A program made the translations under genes and the position numbers. A DNA stretch of 64,000 nucleotides from Patescibacteria group bacterium (GTDB lineage: Bacteria > Patescibacteriota > Minisyncoccia > UBA6257 > GWB1-50-10), in assembly GCA_023474215.1 (NCBI GenBank), contig JAMCYI010000006.1, positions 1,452 to 65,451 of the forward strand, in the 5' to 3' direction. Below are positions 46,010 to 55,442 of the stretch, piece by piece (within the stretch, counting starts at the first letter, position 1; each line of letters opens with the position of its first letter). The notes under the pieces are model-generated. The model was given only the letters and a program-made list of their open reading frames with translations, had not been told where the DNA came from and did no database searches.

Positions 46010-47752
46010 TTATACTATCTCTTTCTGGTAGCACTCCTCACAGTAAACCCTCAAGTGCAATTCAGGGTCATAAGCCGTCTTGATATCTTTCCCGCAGTTG
46101 GAGCAATGAGATCCAAAAAGATCATACGGGCTTCTTTTTCTGAAGCGGTTCAGCAATCTGGTTCGGGGATGCAAGAGCGGCACCGGGATTGAATGTTTCC
46201 GGTAGAAGTCGAATTCCTGCTTGGTTATCTTGAAAGGTTTTCTCGAGACCTCACAAATAATGGTTGAATCCAGTATCGAATCAGCGACATTCTTTATGTT
46301 ATCCGGTATGTTATTAGCGGCCGGAGACGCTTCAGGCGCTTTCTCGTTCTTGAGGCGGGGTTTCATTGTGCTGTACCTATTTTCATCAAGAGGACACAGG
46401 GCTCCGGCATAACTGTCTTCATAAAAGAAGAACGCGTTACCAAGCGGCAAGAATTCGCCGTAACCACCTCCCTGAACCATGCTTGTTTTTATTTCATCAA
46501 CCAGTTTCCAATATTCGTCTTCGGAGTACTGTTTATTCAAAATACAGTATTTCTTTTTGCTGAGTCCGCTGCAACCAAAACAATACTGGCAATCGGAACA
46601 CTCGAATGAGTACTCGGTCTCCAGGCAGTTTTCCACGAAGTAAGAAGCTATTACCCTGTTGACGGATAAGGCCTCAATGACGTTATAGCATTCTTGCCCC
46701 GGCCCGAAGATCGTGACATCCATGCAATCCGTAGCGCCGATGAAGTCCTGCCCATAGCGGATGTTTTCGTTTTTATAAAAAGTTAAAAGGAATTTGGCGC
46801 TGGTACCCCAGAAGGACTGAACACAATTCTTGCAGTCTCTCAAGTGGTCACCCAAAGAGCCGGGGGAATTCTTTGCCCAGAGGGCCTTAAAAATGCCGTT
46901 GGTACGCAGGAATTCATCGAACTTCTTCTTGTACTCTTCGCGTATTTTTCTGCTCCCCAAATCAATCTCCGCCATCCTCTTTTCATAGTCCTCTTTCGAA
47001 AGCTGCTCGTTGAAGAAGCAGAATTTTTTATTCCTTAAGTTACTGCACCCGAAGCAGTTCTGGCAGTTATGGCAGTCAAAGAGGAAATACGAATTGATGC
47101 AGTCGCTGGAATTTTGAATATGCTGGGAATTGTGGATGCGGTCCGAGTCGATGATTTCGTAAGAATCCTGGACGTGGTCTGCAGACGACAAATCAAGCGA
47201 ATTCTGTGAATAAATCACCCAAAAGCCGTACGAAACGTCTTGAGCCATGCCGATGATCGAGGAAAGATAACAGTTTTTGACATCGAAACTCTGAACGGTG
47301 TATTCGCTGTTCACAATATCTTTGTTGTACCTTGCGAGAGCCCGGTGAGGCACCGCTCTTAAGAGATCAATGAACTGGCTCGAAAAATCGCGGTTCGCAT
47401 CATAATTTTGCCCGAAGGTGAGCGGATCCCACGCGTCCGACCACCAAAATTTATTGTCGTAGATCCGGTATTCGTTCTCCTCGGACATTTGAGACAATGC
47501 TTTTTCTTCCGGATGGGCAAAACAGGTCTTCTTGTAGAACTGGAAAATGCTTCCCGACATCGCGGTCCTTTTTATCATCCTGCACTTCGGACATTCTCTC
47601 GGCGGTAAAACGTTCAACTTGCGGCAGAAATCGATGTCCTCCGAAAAAATCTCAAAGCCTGAACCGCACATCGTGCATATGCGCGAGCCCGGTTTCGCTT
47701 CATTCAAAACCTTCCCAATCACCGCATCAAATTTTGGTGTTTTATCCTTCAT
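46010..47752 (-). CDS. Cys-rich multi-zinc-ribbon paralog family, member 5 (580 aa), the most divergent copy
   Basis: Retains the WWSDAWDP, '..CFGCS.LR.K.FCF.NEQLSKEDYE', 'KKYCILNKQYSEDEY' and terminal CxxC pairs, but has a different N-terminus. Confidence 0.55.
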   Translation of the reverse strand: MKDKTPKFDAVIGKVLNEAKPGSRICTMCGSGFEIFSEDIDFCRKLNVLPPRECPKCRMIKRTAMSGSIFQFYKKTCFAHPEEKALSQMSEENEYRIYDNKFWWSDAWDPLTFGQNYDANRDFSSQFIDLLRAVPHRALARYNKDIVNSEYTVQSFDVKNCYLSSIIGMAQDVSYGFWVIYSQNSLDLSSADHVQDSYEIIDSDRIHNSQHIQNSSDCINSYFLFDCHNCQNCFGCSNLRNKKFCFFNEQLSKEDYEKRMAEIDLGSRKIREEYKKKFDEFLRTNGIFKALWAKNSPGSLGDHLRDCKNCVQSFWGTSAKFLLTFYKNENIRYGQDFIGATDCMDVTIFGPGQECYNVIEALSVNRVIASYFVENCLETEYSFECSDCQYCFGCSGLSKKKYCILNKQYSEDEYWKLVDEIKTSMVQGGGYGEFLPLGNAFFFYEDSYAGALCPLDENRYSTMKPRLKNEKAPEASPAANNIPDNIKNVADSILDSTIICEVSRKPFKITKQEFDFYRKHSIPVPLLHPRTRLLNRFRKRSPYDLFGSHCSNCGKDIKTAYDPELHLRVYCEECYQKEIV

Positions 47753-48074
47753 CCAAAAGTTCCCTCGCTATCCGTTTCTCAAGTCGGTCCATCGCTTTTG
47801 GAAAAGAAGTCTCCATATTAACGTCGAACTTCTTCGAGAGAACGAGGATTGACCACAAGCAATCCATGAGTTCGTGTTCCAGTTTTTCGTTTAGTGCTTC
47901 TGCGGTTCGTACTCCTTCTCTCGCCATGACGAGTTTCATGAGATCCCCCACATCACCCACGAATCCTTCCATGATCTGGGCTTCTGTCCACTCCTTCCCG
48001 TATTTCTTCTTTTCGAGCTCCGCGTACTTTTCCCGTACCTCCACAGCACGGGAGATTAAGTCTTTAATTTCCAT
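47742..48074 (-). CDS. MazG-like nucleotide pyrophosphohydrolase (YpjD-type all-alpha NTP-PPase) embedded in the paralog array
   Basis: 110 aa. 'EGFVGDVGDLMKLV...EHELMDCLWSILVL' EExxE/D motifs. Overlaps the member-5 start by 11 nt. Confidence 0.65.
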   Translation of the reverse strand: MEIKDLISRAVEVREKYAELEKKKYGKEWTEAQIMEGFVGDVGDLMKLVMAREGVRTAEALNEKLEHELMDCLWSILVLSKKFDVNMETSFPKAMDRLEKRIARELLDEG

Positions 48075-48092
48075 AGATTCATTATAAGCGAA

Positions 48093-49784
48093 CTATCCAA
48101 CCTCCGCATTATAACAGCTTTCACAATACACAATCTCCGGACGTTCGGGGGCGTACGAGGTTTCAAATCCATTTTGACACGAGCTGGAATGATTGTGATT
48201 TTGCTTATCACACATACAACTCCTGTGCCAAAGCTTCACGGGGTTTTTGAGCTTCAACCGATCCTTGAGCCGGCAGAAAAAGCACCTTCGCGGCACCGGG
48301 ATGCCATTCTTTTTGTAGAACGCCAGCTCTTCGGCGATGACTTTGTAATTTCTCCCGCATTCCATACAAGCGAGAATTTCATCCACGATTGAATCGGGTA
48401 CGTCACTGATCGCGTCGGGGATTTCTCGCATTGTCTCTTTTCCCGTCGTGAATTGGAGCTTGTCTTGCCATCGATACCCTTTCGCGAGCGCTTCGTCTTT
48501 CGTAAGCGGATAGCTGTCCTGCGCGAGAGTTTCGTTGTATCCGAAAGTGGAAAGCGGCACCGGGAAAAACTCGCCCCATTCCCCTCTTTTTTTCATATTC
48601 TCTATGATTTCCGCCTTGAGCTTCTCATACGATCCTTTGTCGTACTGTTTGTTCAAGATGCAGTACTTGGCGCTCTTCAAGCCCACACATCCAAAAAGTT
48701 CTTCCGACGATTGGCAACTGTCTGCATAGAGAACGTTCCGATCCTTATGGCAGTACGACGTGAAATGCGTACCGTACGAATTATCCGGATTGATTCCTTC
48801 GTAGCAAAGCTCCTGCTCGCCCCCGCTTGCGCAGTCGTAACTGTCTTTGATCGTGTCGCCATTCTCGAAGAATTTCGAATCCTCGACGCGGACAGCATTC
48901 CAGCAATTCAGAGCATTTTTCGAATTCACAAGATAATTTCCCGTGCAATTTACGCAATTCATGAAATTCGCCGGTCTTCGCGGGAATTTCAGTATGAAAC
49001 CGAAAAACTCCTTTTTAGCCCGTTCCGATCCGCTCCACGTGTCGAGCCGGTAACCGGCCACTATTTTTCCATACTCCTCTTTCGAGTACTGCTCGTTCTT
49101 CACACAGTACTTTTTGTGGCGGAGGCCGATCGACATAAAGCAGTCGGTGCAATCCTTGCAGTCGTAGCAGAAAGCGCAATCGATGAGCGATTCCGAATTG
49201 AAGATGAATCGGCACGAATTACTCTCTCCCACGTAAATCGACTCGTAGATATTCCGGGCATTCGAGAAAACCGTCATCACGTCCACCATATCCTTCGCGT
49301 TCACCATATGGTAGCAATACATGCAATTCTCCACTTTCCATGAGTTCATCGTGAGGTAACAGTTTTTGCCGAGGGCGAAGTAGTTCGTGTATTCGCACCC
49401 GACGCTCGCGATGTTGTTGTCGTTCAGAATCGCGAGAGCCGGCACGGTATCAAGAAGTTCCCGATACTGTTCGAAGAACGGCCGCGAGGGATCGTAATCC
49501 CGCCCGTACTGTCCAGGATCCCAGCCATCGCTCCACCAGCACTTATTGCAGTAGATCGGAACGAGCTTCTCCGGCGAGTAGATAGAAATGATTTTTCGGC
49601 CGCAGAGCCCGCACTCGCGATTATAGAAATTGTAGTCGTTCCGCCAGGCAAGCCGCCGCTGCCTCCGGCAGTCGGGGCATTGGGTCGCCGCCGGTACGCC
49701 GATGCGGTTATAAAAAGAAAAGTCATCAGGTTCGATGACGAACTCCTGACGGCAGTTTTGGCAGCTTTTTGTTTCCGGACTCAT
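48093..49784 (-). CDS. Cys-rich multi-zinc-ribbon paralog family, member 6 (563 aa)
   Basis: Same architecture. ATGA overlap with member 7. Confidence 0.6.
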   Translation of the reverse strand: MSPETKSCQNCRQEFVIEPDDFSFYNRIGVPAATQCPDCRRQRRLAWRNDYNFYNRECGLCGRKIISIYSPEKLVPIYCNKCWWSDGWDPGQYGRDYDPSRPFFEQYRELLDTVPALAILNDNNIASVGCEYTNYFALGKNCYLTMNSWKVENCMYCYHMVNAKDMVDVMTVFSNARNIYESIYVGESNSCRFIFNSESLIDCAFCYDCKDCTDCFMSIGLRHKKYCVKNEQYSKEEYGKIVAGYRLDTWSGSERAKKEFFGFILKFPRRPANFMNCVNCTGNYLVNSKNALNCWNAVRVEDSKFFENGDTIKDSYDCASGGEQELCYEGINPDNSYGTHFTSYCHKDRNVLYADSCQSSEELFGCVGLKSAKYCILNKQYDKGSYEKLKAEIIENMKKRGEWGEFFPVPLSTFGYNETLAQDSYPLTKDEALAKGYRWQDKLQFTTGKETMREIPDAISDVPDSIVDEILACMECGRNYKVIAEELAFYKKNGIPVPRRCFFCRLKDRLKLKNPVKLWHRSCMCDKQNHNHSSSCQNGFETSYAPERPEIVYCESCYNAEVG

Positions 49785-51550
49785 GCGACTTCACTGTTAT
49801 AACATTGCTCGCAGTAGATGATTTCCTTCCCCTCGGGAGCATATGGCGTCTCGAACTCGTTCGGACACCGGCCGGAATGATCATGGTCAGGTTTCTCACA
49901 CATACATTGCCGATGCCAGAGCTTCATGGGCGTGCGCCCCTTGAGGCGTCCGTAATGCCGGCAATTCGGGCAAAGTGTCGGGAGCGGAATGTTCATCTTT
50001 TTATAGAACGCGAGTTCTTCCGGCGTGATGCGGAATGCTTCCGTGCATTGCTCGTCGCATTTCCCCTCATGTGCGCATCCGATAACCTCTTTCACCATAT
50101 CGTCCGAAACGATGCGAATGGCGTCGGGCAAGTCGGCCGGCTTCAGGGTTATTTCGTAATTTCTCGCCTCCGGATCACGCCACTGGTATCCCATTGCCGT
50201 CGCTTTTTCTTTCGTCGAAGGGAAATACTCCTCGGCCACCGTCTCGTTGTATGAAAAAAGGGCGATTTCCGGCGGGAAAAACTCGCCGAAACCGTACCGC
50301 ACTCCCCTTTTATCGACATACGGCATCTCGTCCATGTGTTTTTTAATTTTCGGGAGAAGTTCTTCATATTCCTCCTTCGAGTATTGCTTGTTCAAAATGC
50401 AATACTCCTTGTTCCGCATGCCGTAACATCCGAACATATGGTGCGACCCGTGCGTGTGGACACTCCACCACACGTCGCTCGAATCATAGACTACGACACC
50501 GCCCACGATCCTCGATGAGCTGTTGATATCGACGCCTTCGTAGAGGAGTTCCGACTTCCAGCCGGCCCCCGGCCCGCAATCGTATATTCCCTTGCTTCCG
50601 AATCCGCTCCAGTTTACATACCGGCAATCTTCCGTGTCGTCGCCCACGAAATCGAAGCAATCCCGGCAGTTCTTCGTATTCTGCAAATGATCGCCCGTCG
50701 AACCGACCGAATTCACGATGTCCGCATATTTATGGATCGCTTTCACATACACCTCGTCCTGGAATTTCCGTCGGACTTCTTCGAGGACCTTCCGGCTTCC
50801 GAGGTTCAGTTCCTTGACCCTCTTTTCGTATTCGTCCTTCGATATCTGCTCGTTGAAAATACAATATTGCTTATTTCTCAAATTCGCACATCCAATGCAG
50901 TCCCGGCAGTTCTTGCAGTTGTAAAGGAACCAGGAATCGCTGCAACCCTCGCAGTTCGAGGAATACAAGAGCCGGTACGAACCGCTGACGTACGAACCAT
51001 CGTAGCAAAGCTCGCTGCCGTCGACGATATAGAGATCGAGCGAATCCTTATCCTTCACCATCCGGTTCGCGTACATCACGTTCTCGTTCCATCCGCCGGC
51101 GGAAACGAGGTGACAGTTCTTGTTCCACGCGGCGGAGCTGCAATATTCGCTATTCACCGAATTCGTGTTCGAAAGCGTGATTAAGGGCACGCGGCTGAGA
51201 AGCTCCGCGTACTGTTCAAAGAACGGCCTCGAGAAATCATAGTCCTTCCCGTACTGCATCGGATCCCACGCGTCACTCCACCAGTATTTCTGATCGTAGA
51301 CGGTGTACGGCGCGTTCGCCGGATGGAGGCTGATAATGTCTTCCGAATGTCCCGGTACACCGCACTTCCGCTTATAGTAGGTACGTTCGTTCCGCCACAC
51401 CATTCGCCGCGCGGCGCGGCATGCCGGGCACCACGTCGGGACCGGCACGCCGATCTGTTGGTAAAAATCAAAATCTGCAGAATCGATAACGAACTCTTCT
51501 TTGCAATTTTGGCAAGTTCTGGTTTCAGTTTTGGTCATTTGATCATTCAT
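49781..51550 (-). CDS. Cys-rich multi-zinc-ribbon paralog family, member 7 (589 aa; true start probably MTKTETR at about 51538)
   Basis: Same architecture. 5' UTR contains AT-rich direct repeats shared with member 2. Confidence 0.6.
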   Translation of the reverse strand: MNDQMTKTETRTCQNCKEEFVIDSADFDFYQQIGVPVPTWCPACRAARRMVWRNERTYYKRKCGVPGHSEDIISLHPANAPYTVYDQKYWWSDAWDPMQYGKDYDFSRPFFEQYAELLSRVPLITLSNTNSVNSEYCSSAAWNKNCHLVSAGGWNENVMYANRMVKDKDSLDLYIVDGSELCYDGSYVSGSYRLLYSSNCEGCSDSWFLYNCKNCRDCIGCANLRNKQYCIFNEQISKDEYEKRVKELNLGSRKVLEEVRRKFQDEVYVKAIHKYADIVNSVGSTGDHLQNTKNCRDCFDFVGDDTEDCRYVNWSGFGSKGIYDCGPGAGWKSELLYEGVDINSSSRIVGGVVVYDSSDVWWSVHTHGSHHMFGCYGMRNKEYCILNKQYSKEEYEELLPKIKKHMDEMPYVDKRGVRYGFGEFFPPEIALFSYNETVAEEYFPSTKEKATAMGYQWRDPEARNYEITLKPADLPDAIRIVSDDMVKEVIGCAHEGKCDEQCTEAFRITPEELAFYKKMNIPLPTLCPNCRHYGRLKGRTPMKLWHRQCMCEKPDHDHSGRCPNEFETPYAPEGKEIIYCEQCYNSEVA

Positions 51551-51662
51551 TGGAAATTGATTGAAAATTAAAAATTGGAAATTGAAAATTCCACCTTGAA
51601 TTCATTATAAAACAAATGCTCCACGGTTAGCCGCAGAGCATTAAAACAGTCAACAAGGGGGG

Positions 51663-52103
51663 TTATATCGTGGGGCTGACGACGATGATCCCGCCGAGGA
51701 TCGGATCTTCTTTTTCCTCGGACTTGAAAGAAACGATCTTCCAGTCCGGTCGCAAGCTCAAGTCGTCATATTCGACATCGCCGAGTTCGGCGTGCACCGA
51801 CGACCAGAACACCTTGCGAAGGATGTCCGCCTTGTCCATGAGGTTGCGGTAATCGCGGAAAACTTTTTCGCACTCTTTTTCCATGCCGTCGCCGCCGAAG
51901 AGGAACCGAGCGTGCTTTTGCTCGTGATCTTTCTTCATCTTACTTGCTTCTTTGGCAAGTTTGGCATGGAGAGAATAGATCCGCTTCAAGTTATCATTGA
52001 CCTCGATTACCACACGACCTTCCGGATAGGGACCTTCCGCTACCGGCTTCACGATCGTAGTACTGTCGATCTCCTTTTGGAGATCTTCGAGAAATGTGGC
52101 CAT
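51663..52103 (-). CDS. hypothetical protein (146 aa) within the array interruption
   Basis: ORF only. No recognised motif. Confidence 0.4.
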   Translation of the reverse strand: MATFLEDLQKEIDSTTIVKPVAEGPYPEGRVVIEVNDNLKRIYSLHAKLAKEASKMKKDHEQKHARFLFGGDGMEKECEKVFRDYRNLMDKADILRKVFWSSVHAELGDVEYDDLSLRPDWKIVSFKSEEKEDPILGGIIVVSPTI

Positions 52104-52169
52104 AAACCACCTCCTGTATTAGTGAGAAATATGTTTAGTTACAGGACTATACTATAAACTATTTTCATA

Positions 52170-53303
52170 TTATTTGTCAATCTCTGTTCGCCTCTTGCCG
52201 AAAAAGCGGACATAGAGATACATATTTGCGGCCATAACGGCGCCATACGCAAAAAACGGGACATCGAGGAGCGCTGCATCCATGAGGTATCCGGCGAGCC
52301 CCGTGCCGGCCGAGGAAGCCGCAAGACGCGCGACTTGGTTCACGCCGAGCGCGCGGCCCATTTCATCGCCATCCACCCGGCGCGTAAGTTCCGCCTGCTG
52401 GATCGGAAGCGCCATGATGCGGAGCGCCGGTCCAAAAACGTACACGAAAACGGCAAAAGGCAGGAAACGAATGATCGGGAAAGCGACGAAGAGAGCCGTT
52501 CCGATCCCCCTGCTCCACACCATGCTTTTTACGAATCCGAGATGTTTTTCGAGGAGCGGCGCTGCGAGAATGGCAACGGACCCTACAACACCCGAAAGAA
52601 AAGCGTATTCCGCCATTTGTGATTTTGGAATGTTATAAACCAAAAGAAAGAATGGGATGAGGAACGGAACGATGAGGCCTTGCGAAAATCCGTTCAAAAT
52701 GCCGGTCAAGGTGAATTTTCCGATGGTCGTTTTCGTCTTCAAAACGCGGAGCTTGCCCTTGGATTCCGTAACTTCGATGAATGGCAATGCAACGACACCC
52801 AATGCCGCGACAACGGTCGCAATGAGAAAAATATCTTGGACCGAGAAAACTTTCGCAAAGAGCGCGCCGATGGCCGCCACGATGCCCGAGAGGAAGGTAA
52901 AGAAGGAAAAGTATTTCGTCCGTTTTTCGCTCGGCGTGAGTTCCGTGATGACGGTGTTTTGGATCGGTTGGACTGCACCGCCAATGCCGCCGCCGGCCAA
53001 GGATCCGGTTGCGGAGTACCCCCCCACCATCGCTGCAAGGAATACCACCCACAAACTCGACGAAAAATATACCAAAGCGGAACTCACCGGCAGGAGCGCG
53101 CTTGCAATGAAAAGCGTCCCCCGCTTCCCCCACACGTCGGTCGTGATGCCGGCAAAGAAACTCAAGACCGCCGTCGCAATCGTCGCTGCGACGTAAATAA
53201 GGCCGATCATCCCGGCGCTTTGATGAAGGTCGACCAACACGTAGTACGGAAATGCGATATTGATCATCCCGGCCGCAATGCTCCGGGTGATCCTTGAAAC
53301 CAT
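52170..53303 (-). CDS. MFS transporter (start at internal MVSRITRS)
   Basis: About 12 TM helices and an MFS-type 'G..TDVWGKRG' loop motif. Confidence 0.7.
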   Translation of the reverse strand: MVSRITRSIAAGMINIAFPYYVLVDLHQSAGMIGLIYVAATIATAVLSFFAGITTDVWGKRGTLFIASALLPVSSALVYFSSSLWVVFLAAMVGGYSATGSLAGGGIGGAVQPIQNTVITELTPSEKRTKYFSFFTFLSGIVAAIGALFAKVFSVQDIFLIATVVAALGVVALPFIEVTESKGKLRVLKTKTTIGKFTLTGILNGFSQGLIVPFLIPFFLLVYNIPKSQMAEYAFLSGVVGSVAILAAPLLEKHLGFVKSMVWSRGIGTALFVAFPIIRFLPFAVFVYVFGPALRIMALPIQQAELTRRVDGDEMGRALGVNQVARLAASSAGTGLAGYLMDAALLDVPFFAYGAVMAANMYLYVRFFGKRRTEIDK

Positions 53304-53373
53304 AATGAGGTAAATGCCTTTTTTCTTGGGCCTTAGTTCAATTTCCACAGTAAGAACGATTATATCACACTGA

Positions 53374-53613
53374 ATGAAACCAGGTGGTATAATAAGAGTG
53401 ATGAAAAGCCGCGAGAATGCCATGTACGACACCACGAAACTCGCCAAATTCTTCGGCGTGACCGAACGAACCGTTCTCGAATGGTGCCGGAAGGGCAAAT
53501 TGCCGGCTTTCAAAATCGGCAGAAAGTGGAAAATCAGGGTCGTCGACCTCCAGAAAATGATCGACCGCAAAATACACACTTCCAAGGGAAATACTCCCCC
53601 ACACTTACTGTAA
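53374..53613 (+). CDS. excisionase/Xis-family helix-turn-helix DNA-binding protein (HTH_17-like)
   Basis: 'TTKLAKFFGVTERTVLEWCRKGKLPAFKIGRKWKI' matches the excisionase-type HTH pattern. It is the only + strand gene within the array. Confidence 0.55.
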   Translation: MKPGGIIRVMKSRENAMYDTTKLAKFFGVTERTVLEWCRKGKLPAFKIGRKWKIRVVDLQKMIDRKIHTSKGNTPPHLL

Positions 53614-53732
53614 TGATTTAATTACCGAAGGTCGGCGGCGGGACTTTAATCCGTTCGTAGAAACTAAAATCCTCCGGCTCGATAGCGAACTCCCGGTGGC
53701 AATTCTGGCATTGCCTCGTTTCAGAGTTCATG

Positions 53733-55442
53733 TCAGTTGAAGATATCCCTCAAGTAGCATTCCGTGCAGTAGACGACGGGGGCTTCATCCTCGCGGTAGT
53801 GCGTCCGGAGCTCTTTCCCGCACTTCGTGCATGTCCGTTCGATGAGAGACATCTGCTTGGCCCATTGCCGCACTTTTTCCTCAATACGACAGAAGGGACA
53901 TCGCCGCGGGAGGGGGAAGTTGTACTGCCGCAGGAACTGCAACTCATAGGGCGTGATTTTGTATCCCCGCGGGCACGCCGTGCACTTGATCACTTCTTTC
54001 AAAATATCATCCTTCGCATCCCGGATATGATCGGGGAGATCGGCGGCATCCATAGTCGATGCGTGTTCGGAGGGCGAGATCTCTACCCATGAAAGCCCTT
54101 CTCGCTGCGCTTCACCCTCTTCCAAGGGATGGAAGAGGTAGGCAAACGTGTCATTATAATCATGCGGCGAAAGCGTCGCCGGGAAGAACTCTCCGTAGCG
54201 GTACGTCCGCCCGGCGGGATCCACATACGGCGTCGAATTCATCTGCCCGATGATCTTTTCCCGCATCGCGTGGTATTCTTCCTTCGTATACGGCTTATTG
54301 AAGATGTAATACTGTTTGTTCCGAAGACCCGAGCATCCAAAAAGATAGGAACATCCCATGCAGCTTTTCGAATATTCCACGTGGTGGCTCGCGTGAATGT
54401 CCTGGCTGAATTTGACGTCGGCGACCTGGTTTCCCACCGTGATGCTGTCGTAGATGCGCTCCGCGCCCTCCCCCCAGTCGGTATAATCATAGCTGTCTTT
54501 CACGGTCGGCGCCTTGATGAGCATCATATACTTCGAATCTTCGCAGTAGCCGGAGTCGTAGCATTCCTTGCAGTTCTTGGAATAGAAAACGTAGCTCCCC
54601 GTGCAGTTGTCGTTGAACATATAGTCGTAGCAGGGATTCGGGATCGAATTTTTCCACACTTCCGCCGAACGCTTTTTCATTTCCTGGTACGTTTTGTAGG
54701 AACCGAGGTCGATCCCGTCCATCTTTTTCTCATACTCTTCCTTGGTCAACTGCTCGTTGAGGAACACGTACTTCTTATTGTGGACGTTCGCGGATCCGAA
54801 GCAATGCTCCGCATTCCGGGCATCCCGCAGGAAATAGGAGTCGAGCGAGCTGTGGACGTTCCCCCGCGAACCGTGGACGCGGTTGTTCCGGAAACCGTTC
54901 ATGCCGTCGTAGCATTCGGTACACTCCCAATAGACGCTGCAGTCGAGGAGCGCTTTGTCTTTCGTCAGATAAAAGCCGTACTCGCAGTCGTCGCTGTTGT
55001 CGGAATAAAAGATGAGATAGGAATTCTTCGAGCTCGCGCAATGGTTGGTGTAGGGAGAAAGTTCCTGCACGTCCTTCGTCACGGCGAGTCCCCGAATCGG
55101 AACTCGGTGGAAATGCTCGTTCAGTTGTTCGAAAAACGGCCGCGAGAAATCATAATCACGTGCATAGTCCTCGGTATTCCATCCATCACCCCACCAGCAG
55201 TCGGGGCAGTAAACCCGATAGGGCGAATTCGGCCGGTACATCGATATTTTCTCTTTCCCGCAAAGATCGCACTTCCGCTTATACAAACGGAAGCCCTTGA
55301 GCCACATGAGCCGCCTTTCGAGCCGGCATGCAGGACAGAAGGTCGGCGGCGGGACCTGGATCTTCTCGTAAAAGATGAAATCATCGGGTTCGATAATGAA
55401 TCCTTGATGACAATTCTGGCAAATTCTTGATTCGGAACTCAT
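53733..55442 (-). CDS. Cys-rich multi-zinc-ribbon paralog family, member 8 (start at MSSESRICQNC)
   Basis: Same architecture. ATGA overlap with member 9. Confidence 0.6.
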   Translation of the reverse strand: MSSESRICQNCHQGFIIEPDDFIFYEKIQVPPPTFCPACRLERRLMWLKGFRLYKRKCDLCGKEKISMYRPNSPYRVYCPDCWWGDGWNTEDYARDYDFSRPFFEQLNEHFHRVPIRGLAVTKDVQELSPYTNHCASSKNSYLIFYSDNSDDCEYGFYLTKDKALLDCSVYWECTECYDGMNGFRNNRVHGSRGNVHSSLDSYFLRDARNAEHCFGSANVHNKKYVFLNEQLTKEEYEKKMDGIDLGSYKTYQEMKKRSAEVWKNSIPNPCYDYMFNDNCTGSYVFYSKNCKECYDSGYCEDSKYMMLIKAPTVKDSYDYTDWGEGAERIYDSITVGNQVADVKFSQDIHASHHVEYSKSCMGCSYLFGCSGLRNKQYYIFNKPYTKEEYHAMREKIIGQMNSTPYVDPAGRTYRYGEFFPATLSPHDYNDTFAYLFHPLEEGEAQREGLSWVEISPSEHASTMDAADLPDHIRDAKDDILKEVIKCTACPRGYKITPYELQFLRQYNFPLPRRCPFCRIEEKVRQWAKQMSLIERTCTKCGKELRTHYREDEAPVVYCTECYLRDIFN

